From the NCBI GenBank assembly GCA_903891335.1, contig CAITDX010000003.1:1-35214 (forward strand): 35,214 bases of DNA, written 5' to 3'. The DNA comes from an uncultured bacterium (GTDB lineage Bacteria; Patescibacteriota; Microgenomatia; UBA1400; PJMF01). Shown here piece after piece: positions 24,095-32,535 of this stretch (positions are counted from its first letter, which is position 1; every line of letters starts with the position of its first letter). A program made the translations under genes and the position numbers. Under the pieces are notes generated by a model. The model saw only the letters and a program-made list of their open reading frames with translations, did no database searches and was not told the origin of the DNA.

Positions 24095-24124
24095 TTGCTT
24101 TTGCTTTCCTTGATCGGCTACAAT
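24095..24124 (+). promoter_or_regulatory. internal sigma70-like promoter before the GT-C gene
   Basis: TTGCTT (24095-24100, tandemly duplicated at 24101-24106), 18-nt spacer, TACAAT (24119-24124). ATG 24135 lies 10 nt downstream. Confidence 0.35.
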
Positions 24125-25724
24125 GGAAAGATCTATGTCTTTACTCAAGTCTGTATTTGCTTTGCTTAAGAAGATTGATCTTTTTCTCGATCGACATACC
24201 GGTTTACTCGTACTTTTTGCCATTATTGTGATCCTACGCATTCCCAATTTTTTTGAACCATATTGGTATGGTGATGAAGCCATTTATCTGACCCTTGGCA
24301 ATGCTCTACGCGAAGGAGGTAAACTCTACACCACCATCATTGATCACAAGACTCCCCTGATTTACTATCTAGCGATGGTACCCAACCAGTTTTATTTCCG
24401 CCTTCTTAACCTAGTGTGGATGCTCATTACCACGGCACTTTTTTTCAAATTAGCCAAGACACTCTTCAAAAAAATCAGCCTCGCTTGGCTGGCAAGTTTT
24501 ATTTTGGTTATTTTCACAACCTTACCTTGGCTGGAAGGACATATTCCCAATGGCGAGCTCTTCGTGATGGGTTTTGTCATGGTCGGAGCAGTTCTATTTA
24601 GCCAAAGCAGCGTCTGGCAGGAATTTTTTCAAAGCAGCAAAACCACTCTCAAGAAAATTTCCCCTCTCCGTGACCAACTCTCTTTGCTGGGAGCTGGCGT
24701 CTTTATGGGACTGGGCATTCTCACCAAAGTTCCAGCTATTCTTGATGTAGCAGCTTTTTTAGCTATTTTCTGGTTAATTCTCTTTGGTAAACTCATAAGT
24801 CCAGGAGCTAATGTAAAGACTGTTTGGCAGAAATTTATCTCCTTAGTTGGCAAAGGCCTCTGGTTTGTAGCCGGTTTACTCATTCCAATCGCTTTGTCCA
24901 TCCTCTACTTTGTCAGCGTCGGCAGTGGCAAAGACTATCTTGATTACGGATTACTCTATAACTTCCGTTACAGCCAATCTTGGTCTCATGACTTTGGCAG
25001 TGAGTTCCTCAACTTTGCTTTTAGCATGCCGGGTAAAACCATCGTTTTATTCACCATTTTCTTATTGATTTCGCTCAACACCAAAGAGTTGAAAAAGAGA
25101 ACTCAATTTATCGCCATCTACTTTATTTTCACCCTCTATTCAGTTTTACTCTCAAGTCGCCCCTATCCACACTACTTCATTCAAATGGTGCCAAGTGCAG
25201 CTTTACTTCTAGTCGAAATGATTGCCCGCTGGCGTAATTGGCGCACCTTAGGGCTGGGGATTGGTTTATTTGCCTTAACTGGCTATGTCATGCTCAGTTT
25301 TGGCTTTAAACCATATGAGGTAACCTGGTACTACAAACAATTTTACCGCTACGCCACACTCCAAATTAGCAAAGAAGAATATGAAAATTCCTTTGATGGC
25401 AACATCGCTGATAATCGCAAAATTAGCAAGCTAATCAAAGAGATGGGAATTAAAAAAATCTTCATTTGGGGCACTAATCCACTCCTCTACGCACAAAGCC
25501 AAACCGTTCCCACCTCCCGCTTCACTGTTTCTTTTCACATCAAAGATTTCGCTGATCATAACCGCACCTTTGCTCAGATTGTCGCCGAAAAACCACAGCT
25601 GATTGTGGTGATGAACAATGAGAATGAAAAATTTCCCACTCTTGAAGCGTATTTAGCCAAGTATTATATTCCGAACACTAACTTTACACATATGACCGTC
25701 TATTTACGACAAGAGCAACCCTAA
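24123..25724 (+). CDS. GT-C fold membrane glycosyltransferase (PMT/ArnT-like, family 39/83 type)
   Basis: 533 aa with more than 10 TM helices. The first extracytoplasmic loop is EPYWYGDEAIYL, matching the conserved acidic DE motif position of ArnT/PMT-type enzymes. There is a soluble C-terminal domain. The start may be ATG 24135 instead. Confidence 0.6.
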   Translation: MERSMSLLKSVFALLKKIDLFLDRHTGLLVLFAIIVILRIPNFFEPYWYGDEAIYLTLGNALREGGKLYTTIIDHKTPLIYYLAMVPNQFYFRLLNLVWMLITTALFFKLAKTLFKKISLAWLASFILVIFTTLPWLEGHIPNGELFVMGFVMVGAVLFSQSSVWQEFFQSSKTTLKKISPLRDQLSLLGAGVFMGLGILTKVPAILDVAAFLAIFWLILFGKLISPGANVKTVWQKFISLVGKGLWFVAGLLIPIALSILYFVSVGSGKDYLDYGLLYNFRYSQSWSHDFGSEFLNFAFSMPGKTIVLFTIFLLISLNTKELKKRTQFIAIYFIFTLYSVLLSSRPYPHYFIQMVPSAALLLVEMIARWRNWRTLGLGIGLFALTGYVMLSFGFKPYEVTWYYKQFYRYATLQISKEEYENSFDGNIADNRKISKLIKEMGIKKIFIWGTNPLLYAQSQTVPTSRFTVSFHIKDFADHNRTFAQIVAEKPQLIVVMNNENEKFPTLEAYLAKYYIPNTNFTHMTVYLRQEQP

Positions 25725-25731
25725 ATCAATT

Positions 25732-26112
25732 ATGGATCGTACGTTTCATAACAAACCAACCACTAAGACAATCTCTTATTTACGTTTTCTGCCAGTGCAT
25801 TTGCGCAAAATGGGTTTAACTGCAATCACACTCGGATTCCTTAATGTATTAAGTTGCACGATTGCTTATTTTTTTCTCCAACCGCAAATTCCCTTATTCT
25901 ATTCACAAGCCAATGACCAACAACTTGCTGACAAAATCTGGATTTTTTTGATTCCTGGTTTGGCCCTGCTTTCCAATATGCTCCACTTCACCTTTATGAA
26001 AACGCAGCGAGAAATAAATGAACAAATTCTCAAGATGCTGGTACAACTCACGGTACTATTGCAGATTTTGCTTTTGGCGATTAGTTGGCGAATCATTATA
26101 ATAGTGAATTAA
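25732..26112 (+). CDS. hypothetical small membrane protein (3 TM)
   Basis: 126-aa ORF inside the glycan operon. Its stop overlaps the next ATG (TAATG at 26110-26114). Confidence 0.6.
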   Translation: MDRTFHNKPTTKTISYLRFLPVHLRKMGLTAITLGFLNVLSCTIAYFFLQPQIPLFYSQANDQQLADKIWIFLIPGLALLSNMLHFTFMKTQREINEQILKMLVQLTVLLQILLLAISWRIIIIVN

Positions 26113-27173
26113 TGTGGCCTTTTTTAATTAGTTTCCTCGGTGCGACACTTATTAGCCCTGTGATTATTGCTCTTTATCGTCAGCAAAATTGGCTTGATGA
26201 TCCAAGCACCAATCGACATGCTAAAAAAACTCACCAGACAGCAGTCCCTCGCGGTGGCGGAGTCGTTATTTTTCTATCAGTGCTCTTTGCTGCCACACTA
26301 TTTCTTAATTTCGATTATTATCTTTTGGCAATTTTTCTTGGTGCCAGCCTCCTCACGATAGTTGGTTTCATCGATGATATTCTCGATATTAGCCCATATA
26401 TCCGTCTTTTCACTGGACTCTTAGCCACTTTTATTGTGGTGGGAGCGGGCATCGGCATTGCCTACGTTAGCAATCCTCTCGGTGAGGGAGTGATTCACCT
26501 TAGCCAGCCGCAACTTAGTTTTGAGATTTTTGGAGAAACCAGACATATTTGGATTCTTTCAAGTTTATTTGCGATTTTTTTCATTACTTGGAATATGAAT
26601 ATTATCAATTGGTCTAAAGGAGTTGATGGTCAATTACCAGGTTTTGTGGCAGTTTCAAGTGTATTTATTGCGATTTTGGCAAGTAGATTTGCTGATGCAC
26701 CAACCCAATTTAATGTGGTTAATCTTGCTCTCATTGTGGCTGGCGCATACAGCGGTCTTTTCATCTGGAACTTCTACCCGCAAAAAATTATGCCGGGTTA
26801 TGGAGCTGGCTCTTTAGCAGGATTTTTCCTGAGTATTTTAGCGATTCTTTCTGGCGCGAAGGTTGCCACAACTCTAATGGTTCTGGCCATTCCTACCGCT
26901 GATGGCGTTTTTACGATTTTGCGGCGCTTGGCCGCCGGCAAATCACCCTTTTGGGGCGATCGAGGCCATCTTCACCACAAACTCATGGACTACTATGGCT
27001 GGGGCAAGCGCCGCATCGCCCTCTTTTATATCGCCAGTAGCGCCGCGCTTGGCTTACTATCGCTCTACCTCAATACTGCTGGCAAAATTATCGCTATCCT
27101 TACAACCACCGGCATCGTATTTGCTTTTTTGATATATACTAAGCTAAAGGCACTGCGACATGGAAAATCTTAG
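26112..27173 (+). CDS. polyprenyl-phosphate N-acetylhexosamine-1-phosphate transferase (MraY/WecA family, glycosyltransferase 4)
   Basis: VPRGGGV, FIDDILDISP, NIINWSKGVDGQ and GDRGHLHHKL are WecA/TagO-like motifs, and there are about 10 TM helices. I chose the start at ATG 26112 (MWPFLISFLG), coupled to the preceding stop. Confidence 0.8.
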   Translation: MWPFLISFLGATLISPVIIALYRQQNWLDDPSTNRHAKKTHQTAVPRGGGVVIFLSVLFAATLFLNFDYYLLAIFLGASLLTIVGFIDDILDISPYIRLFTGLLATFIVVGAGIGIAYVSNPLGEGVIHLSQPQLSFEIFGETRHIWILSSLFAIFFITWNMNIINWSKGVDGQLPGFVAVSSVFIAILASRFADAPTQFNVVNLALIVAGAYSGLFIWNFYPQKIMPGYGAGSLAGFFLSILAILSGAKVATTLMVLAIPTADGVFTILRRLAAGKSPFWGDRGHLHHKLMDYYGWGKRRIALFYIASSAALGLLSLYLNTAGKIIAILTTTGIVFAFLIYTKLKALRHGKS

Positions 27174-28110
27174 TCTACATTTACTACGTTCATTCCGCCC
27201 CAAGCAATGGCTGAAAAATCTCGCCCTCTACGCTGCCCTCGTTTTTTCAGGTTTTTTCTTTTACCAAGCTGATGGGCAAACCCCCTACGTAATCACTGTT
27301 AGTTTTGCGTTTATAATTTTTTGTCTACTCACCTCAAGTATTTATCTGATCAACGACCTGATTGATATCGAATCAGATCGCAAACACCCCTTCAAGAAAA
27401 ACCGCCCTCTAGCCTCTGGTAAATTACCTGTTCCGATTGCTGTGTTTAGCGTCGTGACGCTCTTGGCATTAGTTTTTTTTCTATCACTCAGCCTACCAAT
27501 ATTCTTTAAGATTCTGATCTTAGCCTACTTTGTCCTACAACTTTTATATTCCACTCGCCTCAAGCAATATGCTATTTTTGATATCATTGCCATCGCACTT
27601 GGTTTTCTCATTCGCGTTTACGCGGGTGCAGTTGTCGTCGATTTACACATGAATGTCTGGTTTTTGTTGACGGTTGTCTCTGTCTCACTCTTCATGGCAG
27701 TCGGTAAACGTCAGAGTGAACGAACTCTCCTGAGCAACAATCATGTCGAATTTGCTCGCAAGTCGCTGGATAAATATAGTCAGCGCTTACTTGATCAATA
27801 CACCGCTATGTTTGCCACCTCTACTTGGTTGACGTACGCTATTTTTACCTTCCAAAGCTATACGGGTAGTGTTAATTTGCTCTATGAAAAATTTCCCACG
27901 TTGTACTTTGTATTACCAAAAACTCTACAATCTCAGAAACTCTTGATGCTTACACTCCCCTTTGTCATTGTCGGCGTGATGCGCTACTTGCAATTAGTGT
28001 ATGAGGAAAATAAAGGCGAAGCTCCTGAAGACATTCTACTTAAAGATCGCACCCTCCTAACAACTGTTTTCCTCTGGTTTGTGGCGGTGATTTTTGTGAT
28101 TTATGCTTGA
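27160..28110 (+). CDS. UbiA-family prenyl-phosphate phosphoribosyltransferase (decaprenyl-phosphate 5-phosphoribosyltransferase-like)
   Basis: RPKQWLKNLALYAALVFSG, YLINDLIDIESDRKHPFKKNRPLASG (NDxxDxxxD) and FDIIAIALGFLIRVYAGA match the Rv3806c-type branch of UbiA enzymes as I remember it. It overlaps the previous gene by 14 nt. Confidence 0.7.
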   Translation: MENLSLHLLRSFRPKQWLKNLALYAALVFSGFFFYQADGQTPYVITVSFAFIIFCLLTSSIYLINDLIDIESDRKHPFKKNRPLASGKLPVPIAVFSVVTLLALVFFLSLSLPIFFKILILAYFVLQLLYSTRLKQYAIFDIIAIALGFLIRVYAGAVVVDLHMNVWFLLTVVSVSLFMAVGKRQSERTLLSNNHVEFARKSLDKYSQRLLDQYTAMFATSTWLTYAIFTFQSYTGSVNLLYEKFPTLYFVLPKTLQSQKLLMLTLPFVIVGVMRYLQLVYEENKGEAPEDILLKDRTLLTTVFLWFVAVIFVIYA

Positions 28111-28277
28111 TAGAAATCAATCCTTTCATTAAGATCACGCTCAACTAAAAATAACTCCCCTCCCACAGCAACAATCTTTTTTTCGCTCGATGAAGGCGCT
28201 GTTTATATGATGTCAACCAACTTTTACCGATCATGCAGCGCCTTCAACGGATCTTAATGAAAGGATTTATTTCTCTC
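28109..28277. repeat. 28-bp inverted repeat (26/28) flanking a 113-nt spacer with a nested 11-bp hairpin
   Basis: The left arm GATAGAAATCAATCCTTTCATTAAGATC (28109-28136) pairs with the reverse complement of 28250-28277 (GAGAGAAATAAATCCTTTCATTAAGATC). The inner stem is TGAAGGCGCTG (28191-28201) with CAGCGCCTTCA (28236-28246). Confidence 0.8.
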
Positions 28278-28337
28278 AATAAACAATTGATCTCTACACT
28301 GAGCTCATTCAATGGACTCTTGCCAACACGGTATTTT

Positions 28338-28916
28338 CTAGAATAAGGTTGTTTGCTGGAGGAATGTTCTGACTTTATCGAGGGGTAAACCATGACTAAA
28401 GGCAGTGAAATTGCCATTGATATGTGCAATGAGCGCCATGCCAGTGTCATAAGCAGGTGAAAATGCTGCCGACCAAGTCAAAACAGGCTCGGTAGCGACA
28501 TAGTACTTGATTTCCGCCTCACTCAGTTCTCTCATCCGCATCTGCACCACTTCACAACCAAGCATTTGTCTGGCGTTTGAAGTATCCAAAAATGCATAGC
28601 CTGTCAAAACCTCCAGCTCCTGTCCTGATTGGAAACGTAACATCTCTTCAGCTTCCCGGAGACTTTTTGGCTTTTCTAAAATTCGACCCTGTAAATAACA
28701 AAACGTATCGGCAGCAATCACAATACTAGCTGTAGTGCATCGAGCTACTACTGCCTGAGCTTTGGCCAAAGCAATTGCCTGCGCCTTGTCGTACTGATCT
28801 TTGAAAGGCACGACTTGCTCATCGATATCAGCTGGCTGGATTTGAAAAGGGATACCTAGAGTCGCCAGAATCGCTTGACGCTGCTTGGAACCTGAAGCGA
28901 GAATAATCTCTGTCAT
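28338..28916 (-). CDS. maf: Maf-like nucleoside triphosphate pyrophosphatase
   Basis: MTEIILASGSKQRQAILATLGIPF and the later DTGMA region are typical Maf. I prefer ATG 28916 over the upstream GTG 28925. Confidence 0.85.
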   Translation of the reverse strand: MTEIILASGSKQRQAILATLGIPFQIQPADIDEQVVPFKDQYDKAQAIALAKAQAVVARCTTASIVIAADTFCYLQGRILEKPKSLREAEEMLRFQSGQELEVLTGYAFLDTSNARQMLGCEVVQMRMRELSEAEIKYYVATEPVLTWSAAFSPAYDTGMALIAHINGNFTAFSHGLPLDKVRTFLQQTTLF

Positions 28917-28934
28917 AGACCCCACTATAACTGA

Positions 28935-29954
28935 TTATGAGGACCCTTGCTGTAATAAATAATGCTCGACATCCAAGGCTGCTTGCGTACCCATCCCTGC
29001 CGAAACAATGGCCTGACGGTAACGATGGTCAGCGACATCACCAGCCGCAAAGACTCCCTCTACTGAGGTAGCGGTGTGATAGACATCGTGCTTTTGAAGA
29101 TTGATATAGCCAACTTTATCAACACTAATTTGCGAAGCAAAAAGGGCCGTATTGGGTCTGTGGCCAATCGCTAAAAACAACCCATCAGCAGGTACTTCCT
29201 GTGCCTGACCTTGACTAAGGAGAGCGATCTTTTGTACTTGCTTGCCGTCACCAAATACTTGCGTCACTTGCGTATTCCACAAGACTTTGATGTGGGGGTG
29301 ATTGAGGACACGCTCCTGCATGATTTTACTAGCCCGGAAAGCGTCGCTACGATGCACAATCGTCACTCGATCGGTAAATTTGGCTAGCGCCAAAGCATCT
29401 TCCATGGCACTATCACCACCACCAACGACATAGACGTTTTTTTCTCGATAAAAAGCTGCGTCACAGACAGCACAAGTGCTGACTCCATGACCAAAATATT
29501 CTTGTTCGCCTGGAATACTCAGCATGATGCTACTTGCTCCGGTGGCAATAATGACGGTCTGGGCACTATAGGTCGCCTCATCTTGGCGAATTGTTGCCAT
29601 CGCTGCCTCCAGCTCTGCTCCGCGCAAGTTTTTGTAGTCATTTTGCGTCATGCCCGCAGGCAACTTGGTCCACAAGCGAAATGGCTCACTCCCAAAATCC
29701 ACCGCAGTGATCTGCTCGTATTTAATCTCTGTACCAAAGCGCTTGGCTTGCTCTTGCATGTCCATCATCAGCTGAGGACCACTTTTGCCAGCAGGAAAGC
29801 CAGGAAAATTCTCAATATCACTGGTATACATCAGCTGACCACCAATTTCGAGGCCAGCAAAGAGGGTCGTCTGCAAGCGAGCCCGCGAAGTATAGATCGC
29901 AGCCGTCAAACCAGCTGGACCGGAGCCAATAATTGCCACTGACAATGCTTGCAT
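28935..29954 (-). CDS. trxB: thioredoxin-disulfide reductase
   Basis: FAD motif VAIIGSGPAGLTAAIY, redox CAVCDA, NADPH motif VVGGGDSAMEDA, C-terminal GVFAAGDV. Confidence 0.9.
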   Translation of the reverse strand: MQALSVAIIGSGPAGLTAAIYTSRARLQTTLFAGLEIGGQLMYTSDIENFPGFPAGKSGPQLMMDMQEQAKRFGTEIKYEQITAVDFGSEPFRLWTKLPAGMTQNDYKNLRGAELEAAMATIRQDEATYSAQTVIIATGASSIMLSIPGEQEYFGHGVSTCAVCDAAFYREKNVYVVGGGDSAMEDALALAKFTDRVTIVHRSDAFRASKIMQERVLNHPHIKVLWNTQVTQVFGDGKQVQKIALLSQGQAQEVPADGLFLAIGHRPNTALFASQISVDKVGYINLQKHDVYHTATSVEGVFAAGDVADHRYRQAIVSAGMGTQAALDVEHYLLQQGSS

Positions 29955-30003
29955 ATCACTACCGAGCCTTTCTCAATCTAAACTTACTAAACTTACGTTT
30001 ATA

Positions 30004-30330
30004 TTAGCTTGCTAAATGACGAGCTACCATGGCTTTGAGACCATCCTCACCTGGGTAACCAACTTGACGATCAACTTCTTGACCATCTTTGAGCACGACG
30101 AAGGTGGGAATACTCATCACACCATATTTCATGGCCGATTCTCGATCTTGATCGACATCAACCTTAAGCACTTTGGCTTTGCCGGCGTATTCGTCAGCCA
30201 TCTTATCAACGATGGGGGCTGACATCTGGCATGGACCACACCAAGTCGCAAAGAAATCAACCAAAACCACGCCCTTGCTGTCCTCAGCCTCGGCTTTAAA
30301 AGTAGTACTATCAGTATGAATTGCTGGCAT
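30004..30330 (-). CDS. trxA: thioredoxin
   Basis: 108 aa, WCGPC active site, SIPTFVV. Confidence 0.9.
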   Translation of the reverse strand: MPAIHTDSTTFKAEAEDSKGVVLVDFFATWCGPCQMSAPIVDKMADEYAGKAKVLKVDVDQDRESAMKYGVMSIPTFVVLKDGQEVDRQVGYPGEDGLKAMVARHLAS

Positions 30331-30383
30331 ATGCCCTTTCCTATTCTATTGTTATATTTTTATATCTAGCTAATAATTTTATT

Positions 30384-30620
30384 TTAGTAGCGCAAAAGTT
30401 CCTTGATGACTAAGTTCAATTGTTCGCGGTCATGTTCCTTAGAACAGACTCCGGCTTCACAAGTGAGCATATCTTTAGCGACCTTGCCCACTGAATTGCG
30501 CACTGCTGCCAACTGCCGAGCAATCTCGACACAAGGGCGTTCAGTCTCGTACATCTTGATGATGCCATCAACTTGACCGCGAATGCGATTGAGTGAAGCA
30601 ATGATTGGATCTTTTGCCAT
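30384..30620 (-). CDS. CsoR/RcnR-family (DUF156) metal/thiol-sensing transcriptional repressor, His-less three-Cys variant
   Basis: 78 aa. LNRIRGQVDGIIKMYETERPCVEIARQLAAVRNSV...MLTCEAGVC matches the family helix pattern (RI.GQ, C in helix 2, C near the end of helix 2'). Confidence 0.8.
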   Translation of the reverse strand: MAKDPIIASLNRIRGQVDGIIKMYETERPCVEIARQLAAVRNSVGKVAKDMLTCEAGVCSKEHDREQLNLVIKELLRY

Positions 30621-30628
30621 TGCCTAAT

Positions 30629-30656
30629 AATATACCCAGTGGGGGTATATTTGCAA
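30629..30656 (-). promoter_or_regulatory. promoter of the CsoR-like/trx operon with embedded palindromic operator (30630..30650)
   Basis: On the - strand: TTGCAA (30656..30651), 16-nt spacer, TATATT (30634..30629), then 8 nt to ATG 30620. The spacer contains ATATACCC-AGTGG-GGGTATAT (30630-30650), with perfect 8-nt arms around a G/C tract. Confidence 0.6.
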
Positions 30657-30679
30657 GAGGCAGTTTTTGATGAAAATAC

Positions 30680-32509
30680 TCAGGCAGCTTTTTTAAGTGC
30701 GTTTTGCTTCTGGACAATCGCAGCCAGCAGTTCATTGAGGCGTGCTTCTTGTTCTGGTTGACGAACTTGGACACTATCAAGGGCATTAATTTCTTCATTA
30801 ATCGCCTTAATTTCAGCCAACACTGCTTCCCGGCGAGCTCGCCTGAGCGTCTCTGACCATTCCTTATCCAAATCGATTGCCCCCACCATCGCTTCAAAAG
30901 CCGGCTGAGCCAGTGCCTCCATCAAGACTTGCTTGAGATCTTCAGCTAGATGATTGAGTAACTGCTCAGATGAATGATGAGTTTGGAGTTGCTGAAGCTG
31001 CTCGCGCAAACGATTGGCAACGCTACTACTAAATTGAATAGCCTGCATATCTGATAAGGCTTTGGCAAATTGGTCTTTGGTGAAGCGAAACAGCAAAAAA
31101 AATAGGTATGCTTCGCTTTGAGTCAAACTTGCTGGCGGTGTGTTTGGCTCTGCATTGGCAGTAGCTGGTACTGCCGACTGAGGGGTTGAGTTGGTGCTTT
31201 TGTTAATCGTACCAAATTTGGTCAAATCTGCCTTCAGCAGCGATTCGCGCACATTCAGGGCCTTGGCGAGCCTCTGGATGTAGAATTCTTTTTCGACACT
31301 GTGATCAATTGTCTCGAAGATGGGAGCTAGATAGTTGATAATCTGCCGTTGTCCATCTGGTTTGCTTGAATCATAGACGTCAAGAGCATGATTTTGCAAA
31401 AATTCATAAACTGACACCGCACTCTCGGTGAGTTCTCGCCATAGTTTGGGCTGCTCCCGAGCAAGCTCATCAGGATCTTTGGCTCGATGAGTAGCTGTTA
31501 ACAGTGGTGAATGCTTAAGGTCAATGACTTTGAGATCAAGTCCCTTGGCCTTGACCATAGGAATGGCCCGCTCCATGGCTTTGACCCCAGCCTCATCGGC
31601 ATCCAAACTCAAAATAATGGTCTTGGCTACTCGCGACAGCAAAGTGATTTGCTCCTGCGTCAGCGCCGAACCCTTGATCGCCACCACATGATTGACGTGC
31701 GCTTGGGTGGAAGAAATCATGTCAAACTCACCCTCCACCACGATCACCTGCTCTTTTTTCTTGATCTCACGAAATAGCTCACTATAGCCATAGAGAAGTT
31801 GCGATTTGTGATAAAGAGCGGTTTCTGGAGAGTTGATGTATTTAGCTTCTTTGACATCCTGGCTCAGGCTGCGCCCAGAAAAACCTACTACCTGACCACG
31901 ATGATTTTTGAGGGGAAACATCAAGCGCTCGCGAAATCGATCGTAGTAGCGCCCACCCTTGCCTTTGATAATCAAGCCAGTTTTTTCGATCTGCTCAAGC
32001 GAATAGTTTTTCTTGTGATGTAAATACTTGAGCAGCGAATCCCAAGCACTACTCGCCACTCCCAGTTGAAAAATCTTGATCGACTCACTGGTCGTACCAC
32101 GACTCTGTAGATACGCTCGTCCCACCTGTCCCACTTCATGCTTGGTCAGCAAAAAGTGATAATATTCCTTAGCAAGACTGAGAATCTCGAGCAAAATCTC
32201 GCGTTCCTCGTCTTCTCTGGTACGTTGAAATTCCTGCAAAGTGATGCCGGCTCGATCAGCCAAGGTTTTGAGGGCTTCATAGAAAGTCGAACCATCAAAA
32301 TTTTGCAGGAAATCCAGCACATCGCCGCTCACTCCACAACCAAAACAGCGATAGCGCTGCAAACTCGGATTGACGAAAAACGAGGGCGTCTTCTCACCAT
32401 GAAAAGGACAACACGCCTTGTAATTGATGCCAGCAGCATCAAGCTTGATGCGCTCGCCAATTACCTCGACGATGTTGTTGGCTTCTTTGACCGTGCGAAT
32501 CTGGGACAT
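30680..32509 (-). CDS. dnaG: DNA primase
   Basis: Zn ribbon CCPFHGEKTPSFFVNPSLQRYRCFGCG, RNA-polymerase core and TOPRIM (VVVEGEFD, SLDADEAG). 609 aa. Confidence 0.9.
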   Translation of the reverse strand: MSQIRTVKEANNIVEVIGERIKLDAAGINYKACCPFHGEKTPSFFVNPSLQRYRCFGCGVSGDVLDFLQNFDGSTFYEALKTLADRAGITLQEFQRTREDEEREILLEILSLAKEYYHFLLTKHEVGQVGRAYLQSRGTTSESIKIFQLGVASSAWDSLLKYLHHKKNYSLEQIEKTGLIIKGKGGRYYDRFRERLMFPLKNHRGQVVGFSGRSLSQDVKEAKYINSPETALYHKSQLLYGYSELFREIKKKEQVIVVEGEFDMISSTQAHVNHVVAIKGSALTQEQITLLSRVAKTIILSLDADEAGVKAMERAIPMVKAKGLDLKVIDLKHSPLLTATHRAKDPDELAREQPKLWRELTESAVSVYEFLQNHALDVYDSSKPDGQRQIINYLAPIFETIDHSVEKEFYIQRLAKALNVRESLLKADLTKFGTINKSTNSTPQSAVPATANAEPNTPPASLTQSEAYLFFLLFRFTKDQFAKALSDMQAIQFSSSVANRLREQLQQLQTHHSSEQLLNHLAEDLKQVLMEALAQPAFEAMVGAIDLDKEWSETLRRARREAVLAEIKAINEEINALDSVQVRQPEQEARLNELLAAIVQKQNALKKAA

Positions 32510-32535
32510 ACGAGGATTTATTCATCCTCTTTATC

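Noticed and set aside
28207-28257. 16-codon mini-ORF (MMSTNFYRSCSAFNGS) inside the inverted-repeat element.
   Set aside because: It has no ribosome-binding site or promoter context, it overlaps both stems and it is very short. I could not support it as coding.
29979-29996. Tandem duplication TAAACTTAC x2 in the trxA-trxB spacer.
   Set aside because: There are only two 9-nt copies in an AT-rich spacer, with no palindromic character or promoter-like placement. It is most likely a trivial slippage duplication.
32512-32529. GAGGAT-TTATTC-ATCCTC hairpin between the large membrane-protein gene and dnaG, as a possible attenuator or SD-sequestering structure.
   Set aside because: The stem is only 6 bp with no U tract. 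The GAGGA in the 5' arm is about 14 nt from the ATG, so an SD role is doubtful. I mention it only in the context of the neighbouring finding.
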